A stretch of 51,689 bases of DNA from Klebsiella phage LAPAZ, in the sequence record PP706156.1; one strand, given 5' to 3'. Both the position numbers and the translations under genes were made by a program. The notes beneath the pieces are model-generated. The model had not been told where the DNA came from. It saw only the letters and a program-made list of their open reading frames with translations, and searched no databases. Below are positions 26,136 through 33,448 of the stretch, piece after piece. Within the stretch, counting starts at the first letter, position 1. Each line of letters starts with the position of its first letter.

Positions 26136-27266
26136 TTACATGTTCGGGCGGTAGATAAAGCGTCCTACTTCGCCATATTCTTTGCTGTACAGAATAACCG
26201 CCGCCTGGCGATAGGAGCGCCAACCACCGCGAGCGGCGTAAGCGTCTTTTGCCCCTAACTGGCCGTGTACTTCGTCAATCCCTAACGAGTGCTCCGTGAC
26301 GGTCTGGTGATGCCAATGGCCCGAATGCGTGTAGATGTAGTCGCATTGCCCGAACTCCTTGCGGAAGTCAGTAGCCATTGCGGCAAGGCGCGTTTCTGCC
26401 TTCTTCATCGTGTGGCCGTGAGTGTAGCCCAGCATCGTTTTGCCCCACACGGTACGATGCAGAATGGCGGGGCTGACGTCAACGAATACGCGCGGCTCAT
26501 TTTCATAGAACGCTGCGAGCGCTGCACGCAACCAGATCATACCAGCCTGATCGTGGTTCCCCTCGATTACCTGCACCTCTACTTCCGCGTGATTACTCAG
26601 CAGTAGCGACACGGCGCGGCGCAAGGAGCGAATAGCCACATAGACAAGTTTCGCGTAACGGCTATCCTGATCGAGAACGTGACCACTTGCCGGGGTTACT
26701 GCGTCCAGGCCGTCACTGTGAAGGAAGTCACCGCCGACCAGCAAGACCGCCTTTTTCGACTGCGGGGCAACCGAAACGGAATAGTCAAAGAAGCGGTTAA
26801 GAACCCTTTCGGCTGTGCTGGTGTCGTAGTTCTCGCCGCATTCGTGCTTGTGGGCCATCGCGCCGATGTGCAAGTCGAAGATCGGATACAGGGCAAGCTG
26901 ATCCTCAATGAAAAACTTCGATTCATCCTTCGGCTGCGGTTCAGCGCGCGGGAGGTCTTCGCAGAATGATGCTTGCGCCGCCTCCATCAAAGCGATCATG
27001 CGGTCGCGGTCTACTTCTGACTTGACCCAGCGCACAACTTCGTCACCGTTCGCGCGAATCATGGTCGATGTGCCTTTGACCCCGAACCCGTCCGGGATGT
27101 GTTTCGCTACGTGGTTGTTACCGTGCAAATGCCCCTGGCGGGCAAGTCGAACGCCGCGACGCTCCACACTGCGAACGTTCATGCCGAACTCTTCGGCGAT
27201 CTCGCGGTAGGTCTTGCCTTCCTCGCGGGCGGCTAAAAATTCTTCGTCTGTGATTTTAGGTTGCAT
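26136..27266 (-). CDS. Calcineurin-like metallophosphoesterase with N-terminal HTH, 376 aa
   Basis: GDFLHSDG, GNHD and GHWH metallophosphatase motifs. N-terminal HTH (YREIAEEFGMNVRSVERRGVRL). Confidence 0.65.
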   Translation of the reverse strand: MQPKITDEEFLAAREEGKTYREIAEEFGMNVRSVERRGVRLARQGHLHGNNHVAKHIPDGFGVKGTSTMIRANGDEVVRWVKSEVDRDRMIALMEAAQASFCEDLPRAEPQPKDESKFFIEDQLALYPIFDLHIGAMAHKHECGENYDTSTAERVLNRFFDYSVSVAPQSKKAVLLVGGDFLHSDGLDAVTPASGHVLDQDSRYAKLVYVAIRSLRRAVSLLLSNHAEVEVQVIEGNHDQAGMIWLRAALAAFYENEPRVFVDVSPAILHRTVWGKTMLGYTHGHTMKKAETRLAAMATDFRKEFGQCDYIYTHSGHWHHQTVTEHSLGIDEVHGQLGAKDAYAARGGWRSYRQAAVILYSKEYGEVGRFIYRPNM

Positions 27267-27269
27267 AAT

Positions 27270-27347
27270 TTATCCCAATTGAATTGCGTAGTTAAAGATT
27301 GCGATAGTGAGAACCACCGCCGTAATCAGGATCGCAATATATCGCAT
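27270..27347 (-). CDS. Hydrophobic micropeptide (25 aa, MRYIAILITAVVLTIAIFNYAIQLG). Not in the ORF track, which omits ORFs under 60 aa.
   Basis: ATG with SD GGGAG 8 nt upstream. Stop 3 nt before the phosphoesterase ATG. Confidence 0.35.
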   Translation of the reverse strand: MRYIAILITAVVLTIAIFNYAIQLG

Positions 27348-27361
27348 TCTCAACACTCCCG

Positions 27362-27610
27362 CTACTTGTAATATTTTTTGGTCTGCTTCGACTCATTAAT
27401 GAACATCTTCAGAGCGTCGGCCTCCGCCCGCGTCGCAACTGCTATACGCGTGCGCTTCAGTGGGCGCTCATGAAGATAGGTAAATTTCCCATTGAACACA
27501 ATGGAGATATCCTTGATATCGAAATACTTTGCGATCATCACGATATCGTCACTAATGCCAGCCTCTTTGGCATGCTGCCAGACGGCAGCGCGGCCAGATT
27601 CGACAATCAT
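27362..27610 (-). CDS. Hypothetical protein (82 aa)
   Basis: ATGA overlap with the upstream gene. Confidence 0.45.
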   Translation of the reverse strand: MIVESGRAAVWQHAKEAGISDDIVMIAKYFDIKDISIVFNGKFTYLHERPLKRTRIAVATRAEADALKMFINESKQTKKYYK

Positions 27611-27846
27611 TATTCGTCACCGTAAATGCAGAAGCATTCCGCCATCTGCTCATACATGTGAATTTCTTCGATTCCGTGGGCGGCTCGGAAGTAGATCGCG
27701 CCGATTTCACCATCAAGGCCATTCTCTAAAGGCTTCGCCACGTAGTCGGCCATGCACAGGCGAGAAAGGTTAATCAGGTGGGGCGATACGATGTGCGGCT
27801 TAACTTGTGCGATCTTGATGGTGTCGGCGATGGTTTTGGTGTTCAT
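27610..27846 (-). CDS. Hypothetical protein (78 aa)
   Basis: ATG at 27846 with SD CAGGAG. Downstream of the cassette at 27874..27921. Confidence 0.45.
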   Translation of the reverse strand: MNTKTIADTIKIAQVKPHIVSPHLINLSRLCMADYVAKPLENGLDGEIGAIYFRAAHGIEEIHMYEQMAECFCIYGDE

Positions 27847-27876
27847 GGCGTTAGCTCCTGATTGGTTGATGGAACA

Positions 27877-27921
27877 ATAATACCCGCTCGCGGCGGGCAT
27901 TGTTTAGCAATTAGTGCTGTT
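27877..27921 (-). promoter_or_regulatory. Conserved promoter cassette (box AACAGCACTAATTGCTAAAC, hairpin CCCGC…GCGGG, -10 TATTAT)
   Basis: Member of the repeat family. Confidence 0.5.
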
Positions 27922-28147
27922 TCGCGAAATATTCCGCACCTTCACGCGCCCGAAAATCCAGCAATTCGCGCTCAAGAATCGCGGGCCAGTCAGCAAGCGG
28001 CGTGCCGTTATCCATGAACTCTTGATAAGTGCCGTCGATGCTATCGGCGAAGGCCATCTTTTCTTCATCCGTGCCGATGAAGCCGTACTTGTCCAGCAGG
28101 GTAACGACGATGTGGAGGTATTCGGTGAAATATTCAAGCTGTTCCAT
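27911..28147 (-). CDS. Hypothetical acidic protein (78 aa)
   Basis: ORF with a weak SD. Confidence 0.4.
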   Translation of the reverse strand: MEQLEYFTEYLHIVVTLLDKYGFIGTDEEKMAFADSIDGTYQEFMDNGTPLADWPAILERELLDFRAREGAEYFAKQH

Positions 28148-28150
28148 TTT

Positions 28151-28879
28151 TCAGATCCCACGTTTGCGCATGCGCTTTTTAGTTAATGACGGGCAGATTT
28201 CGCTTACAGGGACGTAGAACGTTTTTTGCTCCTCGCCCGGCTTGAGTTTGCGCATGATGAAAATCACGCTGCCCTTGTTGTTGTTGTCGACTGGCTTCCC
28301 GCTTAGGCCGTTGATGAAGGCCAGGCGACCGGATCGGCTTAGTTGCGTTCCGTCTTCATCCTCCGTGACGTCTGCGACAATCCAAATGATCTCAGCCGCT
28401 GCCTTTTGTGCGTCTCGGAACCACGCTGTAGAGTTGTCGCCGGGAAGCAAAATATCGATCTGGTTGTCATGCTCCATCTGCTCAATGGCTTTCAGCACAA
28501 AGGGATCCGGGAACGAGTAAGGAGGGTTAAGCCAGACGTGCTTATTTTTCCCCCACCAGCGCTTGAGGCAATCTGTCTTTTCGTCGTAAAACTTCGGGCA
28601 GACGGTGTTGCTTTCCTCTGCGGCGGCGTCCAGGTCGTATGGCCCGTAACGCTCCTCCATGTAAGCAATAAGGCTGCGATCGGTTGACCACTTGTCGCGG
28701 ACGATATCCGGCGTCTTGCTCCCGGCGTAGCGGTTGCCCGTTACCTGGTAGAATTTATCAGGCTTGACGGCTTGATAGTGTCCGCCAGTGGCAAGCGCGT
28801 TGCCTATGAACGTTTCACGTTCAAGCTGTTCAAACGTCGTGAACGCGTCGTGAGTGTCTTTGTCAGCTATATCTTTCAT
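28151..28879 (-). CDS. dam: DNA N6-adenine methyltransferase (phage Dam family), 242 aa
   Basis: NPPY catalytic motif (WLNPPYS). Phage-type Dam architecture. Confidence 0.75.
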   Translation of the reverse strand: MKDIADKDTHDAFTTFEQLERETFIGNALATGGHYQAVKPDKFYQVTGNRYAGSKTPDIVRDKWSTDRSLIAYMEERYGPYDLDAAAEESNTVCPKFYDEKTDCLKRWWGKNKHVWLNPPYSFPDPFVLKAIEQMEHDNQIDILLPGDNSTAWFRDAQKAAAEIIWIVADVTEDEDGTQLSRSGRLAFINGLSGKPVDNNNKGSVIFIMRKLKPGEEQKTFYVPVSEICPSLTKKRMRKRGI

Positions 28880-28984
28880 TTAGAAACCCTTAAAATGACC
28901 AGCAAGAGTAATTACCCAAAGGCCGAAGCCAGTGGCAACAACGCCAAAACCTATTGATGCGATTACCCACAAGAAGTTTTTCAT
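28880..28984 (-). CDS. Hydrophobic micropeptide (34 aa, MKNFLWVIASIGFGVVATGFGLWVITLAGHFKGF). Not in the ORF track, which omits ORFs under 60 aa.
   Basis: SD AAGGAG. Downstream of the cassette at 29014..29061. Its TAA stop abuts the Dam ATG (TAAATG). Confidence 0.4.
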   Translation of the reverse strand: MKNFLWVIASIGFGVVATGFGLWVITLAGHFKGF

Positions 28985-29016
28985 GATGTTTCTCCTTTCT
29001 TCGTTTCGATGGGAGA

Positions 29017-29061
29017 ATGATACCCGGCTTTCGCCGGGCAGTTTTAACAAAAAGTGCTATT
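29017..29061 (-). promoter_or_regulatory. Conserved promoter cassette (box AATAGCACTTTTTGTTAAAA, hairpin CCCGGC…GCCGGG, -10 TATCAT)
   Basis: Member of the repeat family. Confidence 0.5.
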
Positions 29062-29464
29062 TGATGGCATCGCAGAAAGCGATCTTGAATTGCTCGAATC
29101 CATAGGCCACGGCAGCGAACCCGCCACGGCTTCGGACGGCTGCGAGGAATTCCCGTTGCTCCTTGCTCACTGGCGATGCCTGGGATTTACCCTGGCGCTT
29201 TAGCTCAATGGCGGCGAACGGGTATTTGCCGCCCAGCCCAATCAGCACAAGGATATCGCTTACGCCTTTGAGTAATCCCATTTGATGATCTGCAACGGCG
29301 CTCGCCTTGTGCTTGCTGCCCTCGTTGACCGTATGCCAGAACAGATAATCGGGGTATTCGTAACGCAGCCACGAAACGCTGTTCATCTGGTCGATTTTTT
29401 CAAGCGGGCAAGCCTTTACAGGCCCGCCGTAATATTCGAGGTAATCCCCTTTGTCTGTAATCAC
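29057..29464 (-). CDS. VRR-NUC domain nuclease (PD-(D/E)xK), 135 aa
   Basis: GVSDILVL … AIELKRQG motifs. GTG start with SD GGAGG, overlapping the helicase TGA stop. Confidence 0.55.
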   Translation of the reverse strand: MITDKGDYLEYYGGPVKACPLEKIDQMNSVSWLRYEYPDYLFWHTVNEGSKHKASAVADHQMGLLKGVSDILVLIGLGGKYPFAAIELKRQGKSQASPVSKEQREFLAAVRSRGGFAAVAYGFEQFKIAFCDAIK

Positions 29465-31497
29465 TCCTCGCCTCCAAAGTCTTTGCGGGAAATAATGTCC
29501 TCCTTCTTGCCGTTGATGCGATGCGTTACGCGCTTCGGAGCGCGGAAGTATTCCGCATACTCCAGGATTTTGCGGGCGTTTTTCATGCCGCCCAACTTGC
29601 CACGCATTACAGCATCATCAACATGCTGGAAGACTGCCTTTTGTCGCCACAACTTACCGCAAATCGCACTTTCTGACTCAGGGAAGAATTTTTCCCTGGC
29701 CGTGAACCGCTCGCCGTCATGGTTGAGCAACACGTAATTAAAGATGATCCCGCTTTGGTTTCGTGTCAATCCCAAATCAAAGCCTACAACCTGATACCAG
29801 TCATTTTGCGTGTAATGCTTCCCGGTGAGGTTGTCGTTAGGATCCTTTAACTGCACGCCACAACATCTGCACTGGCGCGCCACAATGTCGTTTTCAGCGT
29901 GGCATCCCTTGACCTTGATTTTCCCCGTCCTCGGATCCTTTTGGTCTTCGCAGCGCTGGGACGTCCAAAAATACTCGCACCGATTGCCGTTACTATCCTT
30001 GTGGATGCAGCGGCGGGCGTACTCGCTATTTTCGCCTTTGCAGACCGGGCAAATTTTCGGGCCGTTCTTGCTGCTCTTGCGCTTCTGATACTGCGCCTGC
30101 TCAAGAATCGGATCGAAATACAACTGGCCCAGGTCATCCATTGTTCCGGCAAAATCCCAGACAAGGTGATCTTCTTTCACCCACGAATAGGGCGCTTCCT
30201 TCTGCCAGTCTTTGAGCAATCGCATTCCTCGCCCCAAAAGCTGAATCAGCAACGTCAGAGAACCGATCTTGCGAAGGATTACAGAAAAATCCCAAAACGG
30301 AACGTTAACGCCAGTCGTTAGGGCCATCACCTGGAAGATGTACTTAATCTCGCCCCGGTTCGCCTTGTCCAGAATTTCACCGCGTTTCTTCGAGTTCGTC
30401 TTCTCTGTGATGATCGCGTATGTGGCGTCCGGCGGTAAGTAGCTCGCCGCCTCCTTACAGTGGCGCTGGCCCGCGCAAGTGATAAGCACGCCGTTTCGCG
30501 TCTGCGCACGCTCGACCACCTTCTGCATAATAAGTTTAGTCATTTCGCCGGAATCGTGGATTTTCTTCTCCATCTTGCGCAAGTCTTCCGCGCTAAAATC
30601 CTGCGTGCCGTCCTGACTGGAGCCGTGAAACTCTGACAGGTCATAGCCCAGGCCGTCGGCCTCAGTGTCACCAAAGATTGTCGGAACCACCGAACCGAAT
30701 TCGACAAGGTAGTTTGTGTTAATGTCCGTGATCTGCTCGCGCCAGAAACCAGGCTGGCTCTTGTCTTCCTGTAAGATCGGAATGACGCCGCGAAACTCCG
30801 AACCAGTGTAGCCAACGATGCGAAGTTCTCGCCCCGTCTTCTGAAGGCAACGGCGCATTAACTCGATGATTACGATGGTGTATTGAGTGCGCCCTCCGCC
30901 AAATTCAACCGTTTCGAACTTTTCGTTGTACGGGTAATCGGCATCGACGATCTCACCATTCACGCGATACGGCTTATCCTTTGCGCGGCTCATGTACTCG
31001 AAGGATTCATCGTTCGCGATCGCTTCTGCGAGGTCTTGCCAGTCAACCTGATGGCATTCGTCGATTGCCAGGACTGAAGGCACGTAATCGCCCAGCATCT
31101 TAAACAGGCCATTAACCACCGTCCCTTCGGAGCCGACGACGATCGGGAAGTAAGCCGCCTTTGTGCCTAACCCGGCGCAATAAACGGAGTTTGGCACGTC
31201 AAGATTGCTGATTTCTTCGGAATCCTGCTTCACGATCTCGGCCTGCCTGGCGAGAACCATCATAGGCAAGTTCATTGTTTTGCACTGCGCCGCGAGCATG
31301 GCGATCATGATTGTCTTGCCTGCGGATACGGACGCCTTAATGTAGAACGGATGCTCATAGTTCGCGATCCGCTTCGCCGTCTCGATGTACGCGACAGCCT
31401 GGTAAGGGTACGGAACGATATTCCCGACCGTGAACCGCTTTTGAATAGATGGGATCTTGTCTGCGTAGGCTTCAATTTGTTGTTCAATTGTCAGCAT
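29461..31497 (-). CDS. SF2 DNA helicase with C-terminal Cys-rich zinc-finger region, ~678 aa from ATG at 31497
   Basis: Walker A SAGKT, DECH box, helicase C-terminal motifs, and multiple CxxC pairs near the C-terminus. Preceded by the cassette at 31534..31577. Confidence 0.75.
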   Translation of the reverse strand: MLTIEQQIEAYADKIPSIQKRFTVGNIVPYPYQAVAYIETAKRIANYEHPFYIKASVSAGKTIMIAMLAAQCKTMNLPMMVLARQAEIVKQDSEEISNLDVPNSVYCAGLGTKAAYFPIVVGSEGTVVNGLFKMLGDYVPSVLAIDECHQVDWQDLAEAIANDESFEYMSRAKDKPYRVNGEIVDADYPYNEKFETVEFGGGRTQYTIVIIELMRRCLQKTGRELRIVGYTGSEFRGVIPILQEDKSQPGFWREQITDINTNYLVEFGSVVPTIFGDTEADGLGYDLSEFHGSSQDGTQDFSAEDLRKMEKKIHDSGEMTKLIMQKVVERAQTRNGVLITCAGQRHCKEAASYLPPDATYAIITEKTNSKKRGEILDKANRGEIKYIFQVMALTTGVNVPFWDFSVILRKIGSLTLLIQLLGRGMRLLKDWQKEAPYSWVKEDHLVWDFAGTMDDLGQLYFDPILEQAQYQKRKSSKNGPKICPVCKGENSEYARRCIHKDSNGNRCEYFWTSQRCEDQKDPRTGKIKVKGCHAENDIVARQCRCCGVQLKDPNDNLTGKHYTQNDWYQVVGFDLGLTRNQSGIIFNYVLLNHDGERFTAREKFFPESESAICGKLWRQKAVFQHVDDAVMRGKLGGMKNARKILEYAEYFRAPKRVTHRINGKKEDIISRKDFGGEE

Positions 31498-31510
31498 GGT
31501 TAATCCTGAT

Positions 31511-31538
31511 TTGTCATTCGCATGGTTGCGTGTATAAT
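31511..31538 (+). promoter_or_regulatory. Near-consensus sigma70 promoter (TTGTCA-16-TATAAT) driving the rightward HTH-primase operon
   Basis: TTGTCA at 31511..31516 and TATAAT at 31533..31538, ~50 nt upstream of ATG 31588. Shares its -10 region with the divergent helicase cassette. Confidence 0.6.
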
Positions 31539-31577
31539 ACAGAGCAAATTTTATCGTGTTTAACAAAAAGTGCTGTG
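31534..31577 (-). promoter_or_regulatory. Promoter cassette for the helicase gene (box CACAGCACTTTTTGTTAAAC, -10 TATTAT). Back-to-back with the rightward sigma70 promoter.
   Basis: Box variant. The -10 overlaps the complement of the plus-strand TATAAT. Confidence 0.45.
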
Positions 31578-31587
31578 AGGTTAAATT

Positions 31588-31989
31588 ATGGAACAAATGG
31601 CAAAGGTAGACAAGCGAACTTTGAACGGCAATAACGGGACGTCACGCGGGAAAGATAAGAAGCCCCGCAAGAAGCCGACAGGCTATTACGTCCTGAAGGA
31701 TGAAGTAAGGGCGGGCCTGACTACCCGGATGGAATTGGTGATCGAGGCATACGGCGGCATCGCCAAAACAGCAAAGGAGTTGGGCGTTAGCATCCAGGTT
31801 GTTCAGCAGTGGATTAAGCGCGGCATGATTTCAGCCGATGGTGCTTACCTGGTTCATAAGAGTTACCGCCGCAATGACTGCAAAGGCTTCAGGGCTTCAT
31901 TTTGCCGCCCGGATCTCAGATTCGACAGCAACGGCAAGCCGATTACGCGCCGCTGCGACCGCCGCGAAATGCTTCGCGTAGTCCGATAG
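31588..31989 (+). CDS. HTH DNA-binding protein (133 aa). Candidate immediate-early regulator.
   Basis: HTH IAKTAKELGVSIQVVQQWIKRG and a basic N-terminus. First gene downstream of a near-consensus sigma70 promoter. SD GAGGT. Confidence 0.55.
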   Translation: MEQMAKVDKRTLNGNNGTSRGKDKKPRKKPTGYYVLKDEVRAGLTTRMELVIEAYGGIAKTAKELGVSIQVVQQWIKRGMISADGAYLVHKSYRRNDCKGFRASFCRPDLRFDSNGKPITRRCDRREMLRVVR

Positions 31990-32009
31990 CACAATTTGAC
32001 TAACTACTA

Positions 32010-32050
32010 AACGCCTACCGGGTTATGATTCTCGCGTGGGCGTTTTTTTT
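32010..32050 (+). terminator. Terminator/attenuator after the HTH gene
   Basis: AACGCC…GGGCGTT hairpin followed by T8. Confidence 0.5.
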
Positions 32051-32066
32051 ATTTGGAGGTTATGAC

Positions 32067-33029
32067 GTGGATTTTTACGACGAAAAAGAGGTTTTGCCAT
32101 ACATGCCGGGGATGTGGCGCGAGGCGCTACAAAATATTTGCGGCATCCACTCCCGCTATTTCAACGGCAAACACCAGGACTGCCCTAACTGCGGCGGTAA
32201 GGATCGCTTCCGCTGGACTGACAAATTAGAGAATCGCGGCGACGGCGGGGCATATTGCAGCGGCTGCGGTGCCGATAAGGGGATCGGATGGTTAATGAAG
32301 TTGAGCGGCGAGCCGTATAGCGAGTGCATCAACATTCTTGGGCGATACCTGGGCAAAGTTCCGCAAGAGTACGTAGTTAAGCGCAACAAGCAGGTTACTC
32401 GCGATAACGGGTACGACTATGGCAAGATGGCAGATCACGATCGCGTCGTGGCGATAATGAACAGAACGGAGGCCGTCGACAGCACGCCTGTAACGCTCTA
32501 TGAGGGCATTGAAAATGAGTTCGTTGAATCATACCGGGTTGGCGTAAAAACCCACGAGAACGGCAGGCAAGAGCTATTTCATGCACTCCCGATGCAACTG
32601 GTGCATGAAGACGGGCCGGACGATGAATACTGCAACATCTTATTCATTGATGAGGAGGGCCGCGAGAAGATGTTAGCTGGCGACCTGACTTTCGGATCGG
32701 TGATCGTAACCAATCAGAGCGAAGGCGGTAACGGGCCAATTTACCTGGCTCGCTCTTGGGTGGAGGCGATGCACTTCAATATCGCAAGCTCGTTTAAGTG
32801 TGACGTGTGGGCATGCATCATCCCGTCCAACGTTGAGATCGTGGCCTACCGATATAAAGGAAAGGGCGGCGGCGAAGGCAAGCGAGAATTGCGAGTAGTA
32901 TGCAGCAGGAAAGATCGGGATATGCTGGCGGCGGCTGAAGAACGCGATATGAAAGTTATCGTGCCGAACAATGACAACTTCAAAGGCGGATTCGAACGAA
33001 AGCTCTACGTGGCATCATCCCTTCTCTGA
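32067..33029 (+). CDS. DNA primase (zinc-ribbon + Toprim-like), ~320 aa from GTG at 32067
   Basis: CPNCGGKDRFRW…CSGCG zinc ribbon. Acidic Toprim-like FIDEEGRE. SD GGAGG 7 nt before the GTG. Confidence 0.65.
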   Translation: MDFYDEKEVLPYMPGMWREALQNICGIHSRYFNGKHQDCPNCGGKDRFRWTDKLENRGDGGAYCSGCGADKGIGWLMKLSGEPYSECINILGRYLGKVPQEYVVKRNKQVTRDNGYDYGKMADHDRVVAIMNRTEAVDSTPVTLYEGIENEFVESYRVGVKTHENGRQELFHALPMQLVHEDGPDDEYCNILFIDEEGREKMLAGDLTFGSVIVTNQSEGGNGPIYLARSWVEAMHFNIASSFKCDVWACIIPSNVEIVAYRYKGKGGGEGKRELRVVCSRKDRDMLAAAEERDMKVIVPNNDNFKGGFERKLYVASSLL

Positions 33030-33137
33030 TTAAAACGTGAACAAATTTTAGGTAAGATTGATAATTTCAGTCTTACCTTTTTTTATGCCCAAAATTCATC
33101 GACTTACCAACTGGTCGACCACTTTAAGTAAGATTAG

Positions 33138-33153
33138 GTAAGATGCATCTTAC
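33138..33153. promoter_or_regulatory. Perfect 16-bp palindrome GTAAGATGCATCTTAC (iteron/operator-like), copy 1
   Basis: Exact palindrome. Repeated at 33391..33406. Begins a ~45-bp direct repeat. Confidence 0.6.
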
Positions 33154-33175
33154 GTAAATTTCGCTCATTTTTTAA

Positions 33176-33276
33176 CCAATATCGCACCATAGAATATATA
33201 TAAGTATATGATATCTAACTATATTATTATTATTACTCTCTCTATATCTCTCTGTGTAGGTAAGATTTTCTCCGGG
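33176..33276 (-). repeat. ~100-bp AT-rich element, copy B (inverted relative to copy A)
   Basis: Reverse complement aligns to 16434..16532, including the flanking GGTAAGATTTTCTCCGGG. Confidence 0.8.
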
Positions 33277-33390
33277 TATATGTATTTTGCTTTGCGATTT
33301 CGGCCCAATTTTCCTGTGAATATTTACCTATAGGCATCTTACCATCTTACCGATTTGGGTTAACCGCATGAAATATATAAAGAAAATCAC

Positions 33391-33406
33391 GTAAGATGCA
33401 TCTTAC
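33391..33406. promoter_or_regulatory. Perfect 16-bp palindrome GTAAGATGCATCTTAC, copy 2
   Basis: Identical to copy 1. Followed by the repeated sequence CTTACGTAAATTTCGCTCA(C/T)TTTTT(G/A)ACCA. Confidence 0.6.
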
Positions 33407-33448
33407 TAAATCTTACGTAAATTTCGCTCACTTTTTGACCAGTTGGCG

